Shown piece by piece: positions 58,784 to 64,000 of a DNA stretch of 64,000 bases. The position numbers and the translations under genes were made by a program. Numbering within the stretch: the stretch's first letter is position 1; each line of letters begins with the position of its first letter. Location: the NCBI RefSeq assembly GCF_009914755.1, contig NC_060936.1. The stretch is one strand, 5' to 3'. The DNA comes from the human T2T-CHM13v2.0 reference genome, Homo sapiens. Under the pieces are notes generated by a model, which was not told the origin of the DNA, did not search any database, and worked only from the letters and a program-made list of their open reading frames with translations.

Positions 58784-59054
58784 CTATTGAAGTCAGAAAA
58801 GGAACATTTTAATTTAATTTTTGATAGGAAAATAGTATTTCCTATCAAGTATACGTATATATCATTTATATTATTGTAAATGGACATAAAGTAAATGTTT
58901 AATAAATGAAGAAGCTATTTAAACATGCTATTTCTTTCTCTCTCTCTTTTTGTTTTTAATTGAGACAGAGTCTTGCTCTATCGCCCAGGCTGGACTGCAG
59001 TGGCACGATCTCGGCTCACTGCAACCTCTGCTGCCCGGTTCAAGGTTCAAGTGA

Positions 59055-59267
<213 letters not shown>

Positions 59268-59652
59268 TGAATACATGTAAACACAAATCTATCACCAAAT
59301 ACATTACAAAAAAGCCATTACACATACCCATGTTCTGGTCTGCAAAATAGTTTTTTTCCTTTTCAGGCACCCAGGCTAGAGTACAGTGTTGCAGTCACAG
59401 CTCACTGAAGCCTCCACATCCCAGGCTCAAGCAATCTTCCCACTTGAGCCTCCCGAGTGGCTGGACTACAGGCACACACCACCACACCCAGCTAGTTTGT
59501 TTGATGTTTTGTAGAGGTGGGGTCTCACCATATTGCCCAGGCTTGTCTTGAGCTCCTGGGCTCAAGCGATCCTCCAGCCTTGGCTTCCCAAAGTGCTGGG
59601 ATTACAGGCCTAAGCCACCTCATCCAGCCTGCAAAATAGTTAATTGAGCTAG

Positions 59653-59976
<324 letters not shown>

Positions 59977-60161
59977 TAGTAGAGATGGGGTTTCATCATG
60001 TTAGCCAGGATGGTCTCAATCTCCCGACCTCGTGAGCCGCCCACCTCGGCCTCGCAAAGTGCTGGGATTACAGGCGTGAACCACCGCGCCCGGCCAGAAT
60101 TTTGTTAATTTCATACTAACTTGTTTATTTCAGTTTAGGTATACAACTGTCTCTATCTCAC

Positions 60162-60233
60162 CTCATGGGTCTGCTTCCCACTATAGGACATCTTCTTAAT
60201 TGCCACCACCTCATTGGTGTGAGCATTTGTAGC
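60162..60233 (-). CDS. TAOK3: TAOK3 coding exon (~exon 4, aa 41-64, ATNAHTNEVVAIKKMSYSGKQTHE; VAIK catalytic lysine)
   Basis: 72 bp, acceptor acag| and donor GAG|gtgag on the minus strand; translation matches TAO kinase subdomain II. Confidence 0.96.
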
Positions 60234-61291
60234 CTGTGTTAAGAGGGTAGAAGAAAAAGAAAAAGAATTAGTGATGTTTCAGCCAATTTAACTTAAATAT
60301 TTGACTAGAGACTATTTATTTATATATTTATTTATTGACAGTCTCATTCTGTCGCTCAGGCTGGAGTGCAGCTCACTGCAACCTCTACCTCTTGGGTTCA
60401 AGCGATTCTCCTGTTTCAGCCTCCCAAGCAGCAGGGATTACAGGCACGCACCACCATGCCACGCTAATGTTTTTTGTATTTTTAGTAGAAATGGGGTTCC
60501 ACCATGTTGACCAGGCTGGTCTTAAACTCCTGACTTCAAATGATCCGCCCGCCTCGGCCTCCCAAAGTGCTGAGATTACAGGTGTTTTATTTTATTTTTG
60601 GAGAAAGAATCGAGCTGTGTTGCTCATGCTGGAGTGCACTGGGGCACGATCTTGGCTCACTGTAGCCTCTGCCTCCCGGGTTCAAGCTATTCTCCTGCTT
60701 CAGCCTCTCAAGTAACTGCGGATTATAGGCACCCACCACCACACCTGGCTAATTTTTATATTTTTAGTAGAGATGGGGTTTCACCATTTTGGCCAGGCTG
60801 GTCTCAAACTCCTGACCTCACGTGATCTGCCCGCCTCAGCCTCCCAAAGTGCTGGGATTACAGACGTTAGCCACCGTGCCTGGCCTCATATTATATTTAA
60901 AATAATATCTCCATACTGCAGTATCACAGTTCAAAGATGCTTCACTTTTTGATAGGCTAAATAGACATCTCCACTCCCATTTTAATGTATAGTTTCTCTA
61001 TATTCTTTTCTGGATACATGTAAAGATTGTAATATAAAAAATGATTAGGGTTTAATATATCAAACCAAACAAAAAATGTCATATTCCCAAATGACCCATT
61101 CTGGCTTCACCTTGTAAACTGTCCATCAATGGAGAACCAGTTAAATAAATAAATATGATATGACCATATAATAAAATAACCACTTAAGGAATGAGGTAAT
61201 CTATGTGCAATGCAATATGAAAAGATGTTAAAAATGTTTTGGTCAAAAACAAGCTATAAAGTAGAATCCAATTTTTGCAAAATAGTAATAA

Positions 61292-62292
<1,001 letters not shown>

Positions 62293-62327
62293 TATACCAG
62301 AATATATATCAGTGATAATCCCTGGAG

Positions 62328-62484
62328 CAGTGCTATCTGATAGAACTTTCTTTGATGATGGGACAGTTCTATTTCTAGATTGTCCAAAAGAGTAACATGT
62401 GAAATGTGGCTAGTGTGACTGAGAAAATAAATTTTAAATTTTAATAGTTAACGTGCCTACTTGCTATTGTATTGAACAGTACAG
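62328..62484. mobile_element. MER3-like hAT element
   Basis: CAGTGCTATCTGATAGAACTTTC...GAAATGTGGCTAGTGTGACTGAG. Confidence 0.65.
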
Positions 62485-64000
62485 CAGAAAGTAAGATTAA
62501 TCCTAAGGGGGACTTTGGTTTTCAGGATTACTTATATTTTATAATAAGACTGTATTACATATATACATGCCTACATTTATGTATGTATATATGTGTATTT
62601 TTTATCTATAGAGGTTGCCTTGTCTCATAATTATGTCTACTTGTCTTCTCCATACTCCAAATGTAACAGTTCATTGAAAGTACATATGAAAACCATTAAT
62701 AATTCAAGTAATAGTCTTTTCCTCTCAACTTACTCAAGATATACATATATATATATACACACACACACACATACATACGTACATACTTTTTTCTTTTTTT
62801 AAGACAGGATCTTGCTCTGTCATCCAGGCTGGAGTGCAGTGGTACAATCTCAGCTCACTGCAACCTCTGCCTCCCAGGCTCAAGTGATCTTCCCACCACA
62901 GCCTCTTGAGTAGCTGGGATTACAGGCGGCCACCACCACGCCTGGCTAATTTTTATATATGTAGTAGAGACAGGGTTTCACCATATTGGCCAGGCTGGTC
63001 TCGAACTCCTGGCCTCAAGTAATCCGCCCGCATCAGCCTCCCAAAGTACTGGAATTATAGGCGTGAGCTACTGCTCCCAGCCTCAACTTATTTAAAATAT
63101 TTAAAACTATTAGTTTTCTTAAAATTTTCATAAAAATAAATACAAGACATTAAAAGATTACCTCTGCATCAGTGCCATACCCCTAATGTAAGTAAGCTAT
63201 TTTGCTTCTGTCACATTATTATCATTGTGGACCAATAAAGCTATCGCAGTGGTTCTGAAGTAAAAGATTGGAATTCATTCACTGATAAAGTCAGGTTAAC
63301 AATTTTAGAGAAAAATTCATAATCATTTTCTTAAATACAACTAATTTAAAATGAACCTCTTCAGATACAATGGTTTCTTTATGATTTTTAAAAACGGTTA
63401 ATTCAAACAATAAACAATAATGTAGTATGTACAAATAATTTGACCACAGATTCTTATGGAATGTCAAAATGAAAAAAAAAAAAACCCACAATAACGTACT
63501 ACAGGAGTTTTTTTTAAAAAAGCATTAAGGTAAAAGTACCTATTATATATTAATGAGTTATCCACTAGACATAATTTTCCAGTCTGCAGAACTCCACAAA
63601 AGCATATTTTAGATATTTTATTGATTTAGAAAGTACAGAATGACTTTTGTTAAAAACAAAAATCTCTAACACTGTTCTGGCTTTTAAACTTTAACACTAA
63701 ACTGTGCTTATATGGCAATCATAAATAAAAGCTGATGTAAATTCGGTATTACAATAAAGGTTAAAGGGACTATATCTGAAAAGTAGATATTTGAGGCATC
63801 AATATATATAGTGCAGCTTAAGGAGCCTGAGAAAGATTTAGGAAATATTCAGGCAATGAGAAATTTTAACTTCTTGTGAGGTTTTAAAAAATAATTAACC
63901 ATTACTAAAAAATAGAAAAGCCCACAGAAATAAAATCAGATAGTATTATTATTTAATTGCTTATTAAGGTTATTTATAATTAATGCTATATTTGGACCTA

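Overview
Primate (almost certainly human) genomic DNA from inside the STE20-family kinase gene TAOK3, which runs on the minus strand. Eleven coding exons are present, all bounded by GT-AG and joining in one continuous frame (residues ~41-443). They cover most of the kinase domain, the Ser-rich linker and the start of the C-terminal region; the gene continues beyond both window edges. The introns carry dozens of Alus (many with target-site duplications, several nested) plus L1, L2/MIR, MER DNA-transposon and MLT remnants and microsatellites. A very young, full-length RPS2 processed retrocopy with an intact ORF (probably RPS2P5) lies antisense to TAOK3 at ~61.3-62.3 kb. Nearly all other ORFs in the supplied track are Alu, L1 or antisense shadow artefacts. 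The best second-look items are the intact RPS2 retrocopy, an in-frame alternative donor adding VGFLVPSTE to TAOK3, three non-Alu fold-back inverted repeats, other signs of local template-switch copying, a tailless Alu, and an Alu-free CpG-retaining zone around the last exon that may be an internal promoter. I see no convincing evidence of a wholly new multi-gene system. Exon and residue numbers and repeat subfamily names come from memory and are approximate.
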